A DNA stretch of 63,620 nucleotides, filler included, from Octopus bimaculoides (GCF_001194135.2; 7 parts of 6 records of this genome joined end to end with filler, not necessarily neighbours in it), one strand, 5' to 3'; positions 13,473 through 27,232 are shown, counted from the whole stretch's first letter. Notes: a model not told the origin generated them from the letters alone. Numbers and translations: made by a program.

Positions 13473-14490
13473 TTATAAATGTAATATTTTTCTATCCTTT
13501 CTTAATACCGGTTCCCATATGCTGCTCATATCTGCACTCGGTCTGCTTAGGAGGTTGTTGTGTCCTAGCATATGTGCTGTTTCTTTTAGATTTCGTATTT
13601 TCCAGTGGTGTTCTCTGTCTATTATTTTAACTTCATCCCACAGGGGGAGGTTGTCTCCATTTTTCCATACATGATCAGCTATACCAGATTTATCAACATC
13701 TCCTCGTGTCACAGCTTTGCGATGTTCGTCTACCTCTATTTTGAGGGGGCGGCATGTTTCGTTTTTGTATAACCTACCACAGCTGCATGGGATGGAGTAC
13801 ACGCAGTCTTTGGTCATATTGGTGGTTTTACTCGAATGAGATATTTGCGAATACTGTCTTGATGTCATATGGGCCGCATATCTTTTGTATCCTTTCGGAG
13901 AGGCCTCTCACATAGGGTGGACAAATTGTGGACAATTTATTAGCCTCATCCTCTCTTTTCTTCATAATTGGAGTTGATAGTATACTTTTGGGGTAGTTAT
14001 TGCTTAACAGATCGTTATTGAGCTTGAACATTTCTTCGTGGTGTGTATCACGATCGCTACTTATATTCTTTGCACGATGTTTTAGGCACTGAGCAAACCC
14101 TCTCTTTACACTGTAAAGATGAGGTATCTTCCAGTAAAGGTCGGCTTGCGGTGTACAGATGTCCTGAATCCATACTTGGTGCGTGTTATTAAAACGTCCA
14201 AGAATGCCAGCTGATTGTCTTTTTCCTTTTCCATTGTGAACTGTATGGTTGGCTTTATTAAGTTCACATGATCTAACAGCACTTGGACATCTTCCAGGTG
14301 GGGCCAGAGTATAAAGGTGTCATCAACATATCGTAGCCATAGTGTTGGTTTTAGTGGCGTTGATCCTAAAGCCAAATTCTCAAAGTATTCCATGTATGTA
14401 TTGGCTATTACCGGTGATAATGGCGAACCCATAGCTAGACCCTTCTCTTGTCGATGTATATCAGTGTCCATACTGAAGTAGGTAGTTTTA
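13473..14490 (-). pseudogene. PLE reverse transcriptase-GIY-YIG endonuclease polyprotein remnant (frameshifted into three ORFs)
   Basis: ORFs 14106-14495, 13828-14031 and 13473-13868 are consecutive pieces of one PLE ORF. Confidence 0.9.
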
Positions 14491-14599
14491 GGCATATTAG
14501 GAGGTCAGGGTACTTGATTCCACGGAAAAAAAATCCAAGATTGGTGAAAATCGTGCGGGTGAAAGAATGAAATAATACCCATATTGTTGTATTACTCTT

Positions 14600-14615
14600 G
14601 AACAATAACAAGAAC

Positions 14616-14683
<68 letters not shown>

Positions 14684-14835
14684 CAACAACAACAACAACA
14701 TCAACATCGAAAATACCTTAGGAATGAGAACCCAGGTTAGAAATTTCCCCAAGCCACCTGACGAAGCATGGAGCTTATATCAGCCGAAACGTTGTGTTAA
14801 CAACAAACAAGATGAGGACAAATATCCGTCAAATG
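14600..14835 (+). mobile_element. Inverted Penelope terminal repeat (pLTR) with (AAT)n/(AAC)n
   Basis: ACATCGAAAATACCTTAGGAATGAGAACCCAGGTTAGAAATTTCCCCAAG is the near-exact reverse complement of 13297-13350. Confidence 0.85.
14753..14798 (+). ncRNA. Minimal type I hammerhead ribozyme motif (PLE-associated, partly decayed)
   Basis: GCCAC-CTGACGAA-GCATG-GAGCTTATAT-CAGCC-GAA-ACGT-T-GTGTT: CUGANGA and GAAA core, palindromic ACGT stem III, GUU cleavage triplet; stems I and II are imperfect in this copy. Confidence 0.65.
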
Positions 14836-15064
14836 TAAATAGTGGAAATAATGGAAATGCTTTAGTTTTCTAAATCTATTCTGCAATCTGGGATTATTAT
14901 ATGTATTATATCCAATGATTTTAATCGGTAGGAAAAAGATATTTTTGTTTCAATATAATACCTTTACTTCGTTTCACATATACATGCAAAAACTCTAACG
15001 TGTTTTATTTTCTTTTTTTAGATGAATTTATCGTTCGTTATCTCTCCACACACTTCGTTACCAC

Positions 15065-15680
15065 TAACTTCTATAACCTCTGCATTTTCACTTATTCACT
15101 TCAGACTTCTTTGAATTTTCAATCTAATGTAATCTAAACTCTCTCGAAAACATTTTCTGCAAAATGTTATCTAAAATTATGAGTAAAGAAAGAAATAGCG
15201 AAAGATATTTGAAAATGGGGTGGGGTGAAATTTCGGAGGGTTCCACCCCACCCGTTTTCCGGAACCAAAAAAAGGATTTGCAACATATTAGGAGGTCAGG
15301 GTACTTTACTCCATGCAAAAAATCCGAATTATTTTACTTTTCTTAGTGAAAATCGTACGAGAGATATGATCAATGGAGGTGGGGGTGAATTTCCGAGACT
15401 TCCACCTAACCCACCCCACTTTTTTTACGAACCCCAAAAAGGGTTTTATAGCATATTAGGAGGTTACCGGAATTCATTCAACGAAAAAAACAGAAAATTC
15501 CAATGATTCCAGGATATAGGGATGGTCTTGTTTCCGCCGCCTCCCCTTTTTCCGAACAAAAGTAAGGAATTTGCAGCATATTAGGAGATCACGGTACTTG
15601 ATTCCACGAAAAAAAATCCAAGATTGTCTTCTTTCGTAGTGAAAATCATGCGGGTGAAAGAATCAAATAACACCCATATA
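15065..15680. mobile_element. Right arm of the foldback-type inverted-repeat element (extra subrepeat units; another unit at 14490-14595)
   Basis: Reverse complement of 12880-13290; CATATTAGGAG recurs at about 14494, 15285, 15452 and 15579. Confidence 0.7.
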
Positions 15681-17359
15681 TATATATATATGCGAGTAAA
15701 AATAAATACAAAANNNNNNNNNNNNNNNNNNNNNNNNNNNNNNNNNNNNNNNNNNNNNNNNNNNNNNNNNNNNNNNNNNNNNNNNNNNNNNNNNNNNNNN
15801 NNNNNNNNNNNNNNNNNNNNNNNNNNNNNNNNNNNNNNNNNNNNNNNNNNNNNNNNNNNNNNNNNNNNNNNNNNNNNNNNNNNNNNNNNNNNNNNNNNNN
15901 NNNNNNNNNNNNNNNNNNNNNNNNNNNNNNNNNNNNNNNNNNNNNNNNNNNNNNNNNNNNNNNNNNNNNNNNNNNNNNNNNNNNNNNNNNNNNNNNNNNN
16001 NNNNNNNNNNNNNNNNNNNNNNNNNNNNNNNNNNNNNNNNNNNNNNNNNNNNNNNNNNNNNNNNNNNNNNNNNNNNNNNNNNNNNNNNNNNNNNNNNNNN
16101 NNNNNNNNNNNNNNNNNNNNNNNNNNNNNNNNNNNNNNACATACATATATACGTATATGTATGGAGTCTGACAGCTCTCTCCTCTATCTGTTTTGAGTGG
16201 AATATTCATTGGCGTTAAAAAAAAAGTCTATTTCCTCCTTATAAGTATAATTTCCTTTTATTGCAATTATATTCGGCTCTCACATTAATTATCGTATTCT
16301 CATAACTTTAAACCTTCAGTGCGGGGTAAAAAGGTATGGGAACATGTTCATTGTCATTACTTTTTTTTTTGATTTCTCAGTAGATCATTTTCAGTACTAT
16401 TCAAACTATTGTGTGAATTTAGGTAGCATTTGTATTTACTATGCTTTGCTTAAATATTTCAATATAGTGATTTCTATAAAATTTCTCTTGCATACCCAAT
16501 GTTACTAATTGCATAAATGTTTACAGCATTACTACATTCAGTTCTGTGCTACCTCTATGTTCCCCTTATAGTGTTTCTTCTCCCTGATGCATCTCTCCTA
16601 TCACTTTATCATTTAGCATATGAGCATTTGTACATTGTCAGTATTGTAACATATCTTCCACTAAATATTTACCGTTATCACCATAATTATATTCTTCTTT
16701 GCCTTATTCAATTACTCGTCACGCCTCTCTCTGTTTCTCTTATCTCTCTCACTCTCTCTTTCACTTTGAATTTCTCTCTTCCTCACACATAGAAACTGAG
16801 CCATCGAGATTAATATTCTCGTTCATTAAATATAATTACAATACCATAATTGCTACGATAATTAGGTATATTTTATTTGGTATTGTGCAAATTTAAGCGA
16901 AATATTTTCTCCACTTCACTACCGAATCTGCTAATTTCCTTCAGTAATTTCTCAACATTGTTAACTTAAACTCAGTGTATCATTGTTGAGTGCGTAGAGA
17001 AAGAAGGAATTCTGGTCATAGAAGTGATAATCAGGGAGATTATTTGGTGAAGTTAATTGTCTTAAGTACTGGTTGACATTGAAGATGGAAACATGTCCAG
17101 ATATGTCATTGTATTTGCTGAGGAACAGACACAGTTATCACTGAACATTGCTATTCAATTTGATTATGGAGTTGACTTCATTGCATTTTAGAAAAAGAAT
17201 TATTCCTTAACGCTATGTTTTTCTTTATTAGCGTTGGATTTTCAATCAATTTCCCTAATTTCCTGCAGTACAAACCAAGCTTGAGCTCAAACAATAGCCA
17301 CAACTCTTCAAATATTACTAGTATATCCTTTCTATATATAGTAGAAAGGATTTTTTTCT

Positions 17360-18058
17360 AACTTTTAATCTGCATGTTAATAAATCACTTGCCTAAAAAC
17401 ACCCAGTGTTCTGGAGCAAGTGAACGATAAGAGATGTTACAGTATGACTGAAAGCTTGGGGAAGGGAAGTAGCGAAATATCTTCATGTAATACAACACAG
17501 ACATTTAAATGGATAGGATTTTTCTAAGGCTGTGGGCAGTACTTGTCAGTACAATCTTTTGGATTTCTCTGAGACATGGTTCTCCTGGGATCTTATCTAC
17601 ATGTTTTTCATATCCATGTTTTTTATCATACCTAGGGCACCTACAATTACAAGAACAGTTCTCGTTTTAAGATGCCACATCTTTTGTATTTCAATTTCCA
17701 TATATTTACTTAGTTTGTCAAATTCCTTCACAGATATATTTTTATCAGTGGGAACACTTCCATCTATAAGTCTACAAGTAATTTCATCCCCGTCTTTAAT
17801 AATTATGTCTGGTCGATTAACATGGATCGTTCTGTCAGTGTTAACTGGAAAATCCCATAAGATAGTGACTCTTTTACCTTCAACAACTGGCTCAGGATGA
17901 TGTTTATACCAGTAAGCAGAACTGCTCATTTTGTAATGTTTACATATTTCCAGTGTAAATACTGTCATACAATATAGTCGCCATTTTTGTATTTGTTTGA
18001 TGTCGGCACAGGCCATCCTGAGATGAGATGGTCTATTGTTTCGTCAAATGTGTCGCAT
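17360..18058 (-). mobile_element. R4/Dong-clade 3' fragment (half of CCHC, RLE, 3' UTR)
   Basis: DETIDHLISG..WYKHHPEPVVEGKRVTILWDFPVNTDRTIHVNRPDIII..LIDGSVP..KEFDKLSKY..IVGALGMIK..EIQKIVLTSTAHSLRKILSI*. Confidence 0.9.
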
Positions 18059-18087
18059 TGTTGCTGTTGTTGTTGTTGTTGTTGTTG

Positions 18088-18139
<52 letters not shown>

Positions 18140-19184
18140 CACTTTATCACAGATTTTGTTGCAGCTCCTGGAGTCTTGCATGCGTAGTGGGCTTACAACC
18201 TGCAGTCTACGGTACCATGCTCTTCGCTCTTTTGAGCTATCTAATACTTTCCTGATTTCTGGTAACTATATCTGGCTTATTGGCCTTAATTTCTCTTTCT
18301 GTGTGTACTGGCATATCCCATAATATTGTTGCTTTCTCATTTTCTGTGACCTTTTCTGGCGTGTGCCTATACCATCTTTTTTCTCTTGTTACTCCATAGT
18401 GTTAGCCATTGTTGGGATTTTGCATTGTATATTTTTTTTGCGTTAAGTTCAACCCAGTTGAATCCATCGATTTAGGGACTTTTCTTGCCATCGTTTTTTC
18501 ATGATCCGTTGCTGTTCCAGTTTTAGTTTGGATTTCATTTGTTTTACAGCTTTTGTTGTTTCTTCTTTTTCTTCATAGTTGTTAGGTAGTATGACTCCTT
18601 GCTTGTATTTGTCAGCTTCCTTAAAGACTGAAAACAGTTTTTTGTTTTGTTCGTGCGTGTTTTGTGGCTATTTGTATTAGTTTTCCTTGCTTCTGATGTA
18701 GGTATTTTTGTAGTCCTATGGTGGCTATTTTGTAATAGTTTTCTTGCTGTATAAGGCTCCAATCAACTTCTATTTATTGTATTTATAACCTTCCTATGTC
18801 AGATTTTGGGTAGTGCATCCTAAATCCTCTCATTGTTTTTCTTGTTTTCCTGTCTATTTTGATTATTTCATTTAGTGTCCAGTTAAGAATATTGTACTCT
18901 ATCTTATAATTGGGGCGGATTAAGTTTTGATATCTATTATCTTGTTTTTCGCATTCAGCTCTGTTTTCAGTATTAATCTAATTCGTCTATAGTATCCTTT
19001 TCTTATTTTCTCTTTCGTTTGTGTGTGCTATATTGTATCTAGTTCATTGATTCCTAAATATTTGTATGTCTGGCTTTGGTCTAATTCTCTTATTTCATTT
19101 GCTTTATCTAGTGTGATGTTGCTTCTCTTTAATAGTTTTCCTCTTTTCAAGGTTGCTTTGGCACATTTTCTAAACCACATTTCA
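18140..19184 (-). mobile_element. Internally deleted R4/Dong-clade element (RT thumb, start of RLE, 3' end) between (AAT)n arrays
   Basis: KCAKATLKRGK..YKYLGINE..YYRRIRLILKTELNAKNK..LNWTLNEIIKIDRKTRK..MHYPKSDIGRL..ILWDMPVHTEREIKANKPDIV. Confidence 0.85.
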
Positions 19185-19304
<120 letters not shown>

Positions 19305-20039
19305 GATCCTTCGACTTTTGCTTTGTATTTGTACAAGTTGACTCCAAAAAATTTCAAAATTCCAATTTTTGGCAATTTTCCGGAATCTCCGTATCCGAAA
19401 AGCTGGGCTTTTGGCCCAAAAAAGTAAAAAAATAAATAAATAAATAAAAATAATAATTTGCGAAAAAATGCGGGGTGGGGACGGGAGGAAGTCTTTCCGA
19501 AAATAGTAGCTGAAAAAACAGGAAAAAAACAACAACCTAAAAACAGTAGAAATGCACGAACAATTATAGTGGTATCATGAAGTAAACGTGCTTCAGATAC
19601 ACTCGTTTATTCCTACGAACGTAACTGAGATGAGATGTCATAAATAACAGTGACAAACGAAATATACAACGCCGGAAATTGTTGGTGACAAACAACAGCA
19701 GTAAATTTATTCAGCTCAATAAACACCATTGATTGGTTGAAATTACCCAAATACAACTTTAACACGAAATAACTTCGAAAATACGAACTTTTCTCAACAA
19801 CGCTAAGCGTAAAACATGTTCTATATGACACATTCTACCAGTATCCGAAGTTTGAAAGTGTTTAGTTAAAAAATATTAATTTTTCGACCTGCCGATCAAA
19901 AGGAAAAATCCTAAAAAATTTATAAGTTTGTTTTAAAATTTGGGATTACATAGACGGTATTTTACGTAGGATATGGGAAATTCCCATTAGCACTATTTTT
20001 TAAATTTCTGCCATTTTTTTGGATCTCCTAGTATCTAAG

Positions 20040-21075
20040 CTAGGTAGCAATAAACCCCTTTTCCTATCATTCCTAGTGTACCTATGACAACAAGTATTGT
20101 TTTAGTCTTGAGTTTCCACATTTTGCCAATTTCTATTTCAAAATCTTTATAGTTGCTCAGTTTTTGGTAGGTCCTAACACATACATTTATGTGACTTGGG
20201 ACAGTCATATCGATGAAGAGGCATGATTTTCTTTGTCAGAATACCTTCAATATATGTCTGGCCTATTCGCATTTATCTTTCTGTCAGTTCGAACGGTAAA
20301 GTTCCAGAGGACTGAGATGTGGTCATTTTCAAACACTGGAGGTGGACTGTGTTCCCACCAGTTTTTATCATGGGGCAGGTCCAAATTTTAGCAAATTACC
20401 TATTGAATATGCTGTGCTTCTCTATCATGCCTGTTTAGATACTCCGTGGGCGCAAGATGACTGTACATGGGGACTACATGATCGATAGATTCATTTTCTT
20501 GTTTACATACACGGCATCTTGGGCTACTGCCGTTCTTTAATAGGTTGGCAATGCATTGCTCTTGGGCTGCTATGATAAACCCTTCTGTCTAATTTTAAGC
20601 CAGAAGTCACTAACCATTGATGGGTGAGGGCTTTGTCAACATCGGCATTATTAGCACTCTTTCCGGATTTGCCATTGAGAGGTTTTCTTGTCATTTATCA
20701 GTAAGAATATCTAAGGCAGCAGTTTTAGCACGAGTTTTCATACGCTTAGCTTTTTCTGTGTTTGTTTCCAGTACGTCTAATTCTGGGATTTGCTGTATTT
20801 GGTATTCATTTAGATATTTCTTTGCCTGTTTTGTTACTGAGTATGATATCTCCCTGTTTTCGTGCTTTAAGACAAGTTTTAACATCGAATCCTTAGAGTT
20901 TTTTCAGGTAGGTGTTGACTCTAATTGTAGCAATCTTCATTGTTAATTCTATTTGTAAAAGTCCACGGCCATCTTCTTTTCTTAGCAGGTAAAGTCGTTC
21001 TGTATATGCTTTAGGGTGGTGCATTCTATGCATTGTCAACAATTTTCGTATTTTTCTGTCAAGATTACATATTTC
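20040..21075 (-). mobile_element. R4/Dong-clade fragment (thumb, CCHC zinc knuckle, RLE)
   Basis: WLVTSGLK..FIIAAQEQ..PRCRVCKQENESIDHVV..EYLNRHD..WWEHSPPPVFENDHISVLWNFTVRTDRKINANRPD..LFIDMTVP..KDFEIEIGKMWKLKTKT..IGTLGMI. Confidence 0.9.
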
Positions 21076-21079
21076 ACTA

Positions 21080-21085
21080 ATTAAC

Positions 21086-21182
<97 letters not shown>

Positions 21183-21232
21183 AAGAAGATTATTATTATT
21201 ATTATTATTATGATTATTATTATTATTATAAT
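21080..21232. repeat. Compound (AAT)n(AAG)n(ATT)n microsatellite
   Basis: Directly visible. Confidence 0.95.
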
Positions 21233-22086
21233 GAAAAAGTGCACAATCCATCAAAGTAACACTGAAGTAGAAGTATATGAAACTCAATACACTCAATGTT
21301 TCTGTCTCTTTCTCTCTGCTTCTCTGCCTCTGTGTGTGTCTCTCTCCCAATCTCTGTATCTCTCTGTCAGTCTCTGTCTATCTGTTTCTCGTCCCCCTCT
21401 CTGCCCCCCTCTCCCCTATCCCAATGTGTTGTGCATGCTAGTTTATGTAAACAAATGTGTCTTCTAAAAAGAAGACTTTTCTGAATTCCATAAATGAATA
21501 AATTCAAATTGGATATACTATATAACATTAATATTTGTTTAAGGTCAAAACACGTATATGCAACGGCATTATTATTGTTGTTGTTGTTACCGTTGTCGCA
21601 GTTGTATTTACTTTTGTTTTTGTTGTTGTTAGTATTGCTACAGAATATATTATTATGAAATAAATTTGACATGACATTTCCTTTGGAATGATAAATAGAT
21701 AGACCACTGGCACAGACCCGTAAAGGATGCCAAGTCATCAATTAATAATAATATTATTTTAAAGTGAGACGGACAGGAAAATGCAATCGTGCGACATACG
21801 GTAAGAGAATGTTGAGATTTCCTCTGAGGTGTACATTGGATGTGGCTACGAACGAAGCAATGAGAAATAGTTTTAAAAATAACACTTTCTCAATGAAGTT
21901 TTGAATTGCATAATAACTGATGAATTATGTACGTGCAATTTTATGAAAAAAAATATGTCTGTCAAGAAAAAACTTTTCTCTACTCCATAACTAATAAATT
22001 CGGATTTAAAATTCTTTATTGAATTTTATGTGGAATGAAAGAATAATACACATACATAGTGTGTACATATGTGTGTGTGTATCATG

Positions 22087-22169
<83 letters not shown>

Positions 22170-25100
22170 NNNNNNNNNNNNNNNNNNNNNNNNNNNNNNN
22201 NNNNNNNNNNNNNTTAATTAATTAANNNNNNNNNNNNNNNNNNNNNNNNNNNNNNNNNNNNNNNNNNNNTATATATATACATATATATATATACATATAT
22301 ATATATACACAAGTTCTATATATAAATATGCATATATGCATATATATAAAGATGTATATGTATATATATGTGTGTGTGCGTCTGTCTGTCTGTCTGTATG
22401 TATGTATGTATTTATTTATGTATACAAATTCATGCATACACATACACACACACATACATACACACACATATATATACAGACATATAAAAACATACTTACA
22501 TATTCACTCACACACACACATACGTTTGCTTTTTTGTAGATGCGTGTACATTATTTTAAAGGGTTTATTTGCTATTCCAGTTGCATATCGTACTCTTGCA
22601 TTAAATTTTCTTGGTCTCACATCTTTACCAAACAAAGTTGTGACAATAGAGAAAGTTATTTTTCGATTTTACGTACCTCGTTACTCGTTCATTTAGTTTG
22701 CTTTCGGAAACTGGATGTGATTTACATTTTTTAGTATATCTACCTCCGTTCACTATTTTACATTCGAAATATATTGTGTTAGCACATTAAAAGAGGAAAA
22801 TTTAATCAAACAAAAGTCCTTGAGTTTACGTTTATTTTGGTTGTATCATCAATGAAACATTTGCTGCCTTGCTCGCTCTTCATTTTTGGATTTCTGTCTC
22901 TCTTGTTCATTATATGGCGCTGTTGCAAACTCATTCGTTAGAAAAAATCCAAGACTTTCAGCGTATAGAGTGAAAGTATTCCTATAACAACACCTGTTAA
23001 ACTCATGCTCAATAGTGGAATCTTACGCAACCCAACATTCAAATTCTTTTATTCTCACATAAAAAATGACACTCGTGTTTTGCGAATATTTCAATCTTAT
23101 ACGTTCAAACAAAATTAAAACAATCAATAACTATTTTCTTTTACGACATTATTGAATTATTCCAGATTCTAACGACATTTTCGCCCCCAGATTTGGGGAA
23201 TTCTGTTTTATTACTTGATCATGAAATATTTTTCTTTGCTGCAGCCAAAATATACGTGGGACAGTTTATACTATTTCCTTCACACTGTTTTAATGTAGAA
23301 AAATAGTTTACTTTGTTAAGCAATCCATTATTTTTGTTGTTGTTGTTTGTGTCAGTGTTGACACGTTGGACATATTATCAGTCATTCTCGTCGTAATGAT
23401 TACACTTCTTCAATACAAACACAGTGACTAGTCTTATATTCTCCTACATATTATTCCTACCTTTATTTTTAGATTCTAATCTATCAATTGTAAGATATAT
23501 TTGGTAGTTATATCCGGTCAGTTAACATCTTAGTATATCGCTGTCTCAGAAATATTTGGTCCGTCATATTTGTCAATGTTGCCTTGTATGTACACTTTCT
23601 CGTTCCTGCTATCTTTGTAATCAGAAGTGGGTGATATCTTTTATTGTATTGCTAAATGTCTTGTCAAAATCATATAAACATCTATAATTCTTAAAATAAT
23701 ACAAATATATTCTTGGTTGATCCTGGTGTTATACAAATAATGTTGCTTTTCCTGGTTGATCCTAATATTGTATACGCGTTTTAATTTTTGTTTATCCAAA
23801 TGTTGTTATGCACCAATATTGATTTTATTTGATCCAAATATTATTATATACAAACATTATTTTTTTATATGTTGGTATTATTGTTGCTATGAGCAACTGC
23901 ATTTACTTAATGCTATTATTGCTACATCAAAATTAATATTTAAGATTGATCGATATATTATTACATCCTAGATTTGTTTTTCATTCCCTATATACGGACG
24001 TAAATCTTTATCGAGGCAAACTGGTTATAGTCGACGTTAGCAAATATGAAGCCACAAAATCTCGTAGTAAAAGAAAAAGAAATGTATTGATTTGTGATGA
24101 AGTGTGAAATATCTACCTTTTCGGTGACATTTTTGTCTTTAGATAGGTGGTTATATAGACTGTATATGCTTGTATGCTCATATTTAACATTTCCCTGTAC
24201 ACTTCAACGTTGGAAGATCTTTTGCTGCTGAAATAGACTCGGAAGAAAATGTTTTTCGTAGCAAATGTTCAATAAAGCACCCCATTCGTCTACGAATGAT
24301 GATATTGGATACTAGAACGCAAAGGTTAGGAAAAGAAGCCTTTAAAAAACAAAGTATATACCACATAGTAAGAGGTAGGTTAAAGATTGGTGGTCTAATG
24401 TGCGTAATAAGATCTGAAGTGTATGATGTGTTGTAAAACAGCAAAGATATACGTATACATATACATTAAAATAACTCAGCGAATATTACAGCAAATCATT
24501 TAAAAAACTTATATAAACAATATAACACCTTGTATGACATTCTTGTATGCCTTACTCTCTTCTGCCCATATCCCAACCTGTGATACAATCCAATACTTTG
24601 ATTCTAACAAGTCCCATATAGACAAAAAATGGCGCGTTTTCTTCTATTTAGGAGTATCTGAACTACATAAGATAAAAACAATTAAACTACCATTGATTTT
24701 GCCTCCATCTCTCATCCACTCCACGCACGTAATCGTTTCTCCTTGCTTTGTTTACGTTGTTCTAAAATTAGATATGTCTCTATACGTCTTTTAATTACCA
24801 TATTCCTGTAATTACCATGTGTTGCTTTACAACAGGTTACTAATTTACTCTCCTGTGTTCTTTATTTTTGAATTGCGTTTCTGTGTGTATATGTGTGTGC
24901 CTGAGCACATGCATGTACATATATGTATAGACAGTACTATATTCGAAACGTAATACCCTTCACTCTCTCCTACTTTCTACAGCGTTATACAAATAGTATT
25001 GACTGTGAAAGTCTCTTGAAATTCTGATGTTTTTTTTTTCTTCGATGTGGGAGTTGCATTTGTTTTTTTCTACGTAAACACAGTGTTTCTCTCTGTCAAA

Positions 25101-25521
25101 TTCGCTTCCAAGATGTCGGTCAGCCGGTGGGGTCGTAGTGAATACCTCGCAAGTGGATTTGAACGGGAAGCGAAATTCTAAGCCACGGGGCCTTGCTTGC
25201 TCTCTACACCGCAATTGTGTGAAAAGTTTCACGTTTTGTTCAATTTTTTACCTGTAAATTCTAAAACTATTAATTCTACATTTTCACCAATTATACCATT
25301 GCTATCAGTTTTGAGAATCACTTAACAAAAAATGTCATATTTCTTAATTAACATTTACATAATTAGAAATGCATATTAATTTCATTTACAAAATTTTCTT
25401 AAACAGATTCATAAGACTTCTCTTATTTCATGTTATTTTAGAAAAGAAAATTGAAATCCCGGACGAATCATAAGCTCATTATTTCATTTCAAGAAATTAG
25501 ACAACTTTTAAGGCAATCTAA

Positions 25522-26200
<679 letters not shown>

Positions 26201-27200
26201 ATTGATTTTAGTCCTCGTTGTCTTAGTAAGGCTCTATACGTCCACTACGTTGATAGTAGTTGTTCTGTGATCGACGGTCGTAAGTTTTTATTGAAATAGC
26301 GTTACCCTTTGGAATTGTTGTCAGTACAGTGAATTGTTTTTATGTCCGCAGCAATGTTATTAGTTTGTTTATTCTTAATGTTGTTTCCAAAGTATTTCGA
26401 AACGATAATTTAATTATTTTGCTGTATCATTTTGCCAAAGACAGCTGAAAAAACATATTGGCAGAGAAGAGAAAATTACACTAAATCACGCATGCATACA
26501 CATTCCCTCCATTGATAGACACAAAAATGGCATATATANNNNNNNNNNNNNNNNNNNNNNNNNNNNNNNNNNNNNNNNNNNNNNNNNNNNNNNNNNNNNN
26601 NNNNNNNNNNNNNNNNNNNNNNNNNNNNNNNNNNNNNNNNNNNNNNNNNNNNNNNNNNNNNNNNNNNNNNNNNNNNNNNNNNNNNNNNNNNNNNNNNNNN
26701 NNNNNNNNNNNNNNNNNNNNNNNNNNNNNNNNNNNNNNNNNNNNNNNNNNNNNNNNNNNNNNNNNNNNNNNNNNNNNNNNNNNNNNNNNNNNNNNNNNNN
26801 NNNNNNNNNNNNNNNNNNNNNNNNNNNNNNNNNNNNNNNNNNNNNNNNNNNNNNNNNNNNNNNNNNNNNNNNNNNNNNNNNNNNNNNNNNNNNNNNNNNN
26901 NNNNNNNNNNNNNNNNNNNNNNNNNNNNNNNNNNNNNNNNNNNNNNNNNNNNNNNNNNNNNNNNNNNNNNNNNNNNNNNNNNNNNNNNNNNNNNNNNNNN
27001 NNNNNNNNNNNNNNNNNNNNNNNNNNNNNNNNNNNNNNNNNNNNNNNNNNNNNNNNNNNNNNNNNNNNNNNNNNNNNNNNNNNNNNNNNNNNNNNNNNNN
27101 NNNNNNNNNNNNNNNNNNNNNNNNNNNNNNNNNNNNNNNNNNNNNNNNNNNNNNNNNNNNNNNNNNNNNNNNNNNNNNNNNNNNNNNNNNNNNNNNNNNN

Positions 27201-27232
<32 letters not shown>

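Larger units (their letters stand above)
13297..14490 (-). mobile_element. Penelope-like element, 5'-truncated, with 3' terminal repeat
   Basis: RT: GLAMGSPLSPVIANTYME..WLRYVDDTFILW..FTMEKE..LAFLDVLI..VHRKPTFTGRYL. GIY-YIG: CVYSIPCSCGRLYKNET..EHRK..SGIADH..IIDRE..RNLKET. Its 3' repeat is the reverse complement of 14700-14753. Confidence 0.92.

Noticed and set aside
12880-15680. Regularly recurring CATATTAGGAGG units considered as a CRISPR-like array
   Set aside because: The spacers are related to each other and mirrored in the opposite arm; these are foldback subrepeats in a eukaryotic genome.
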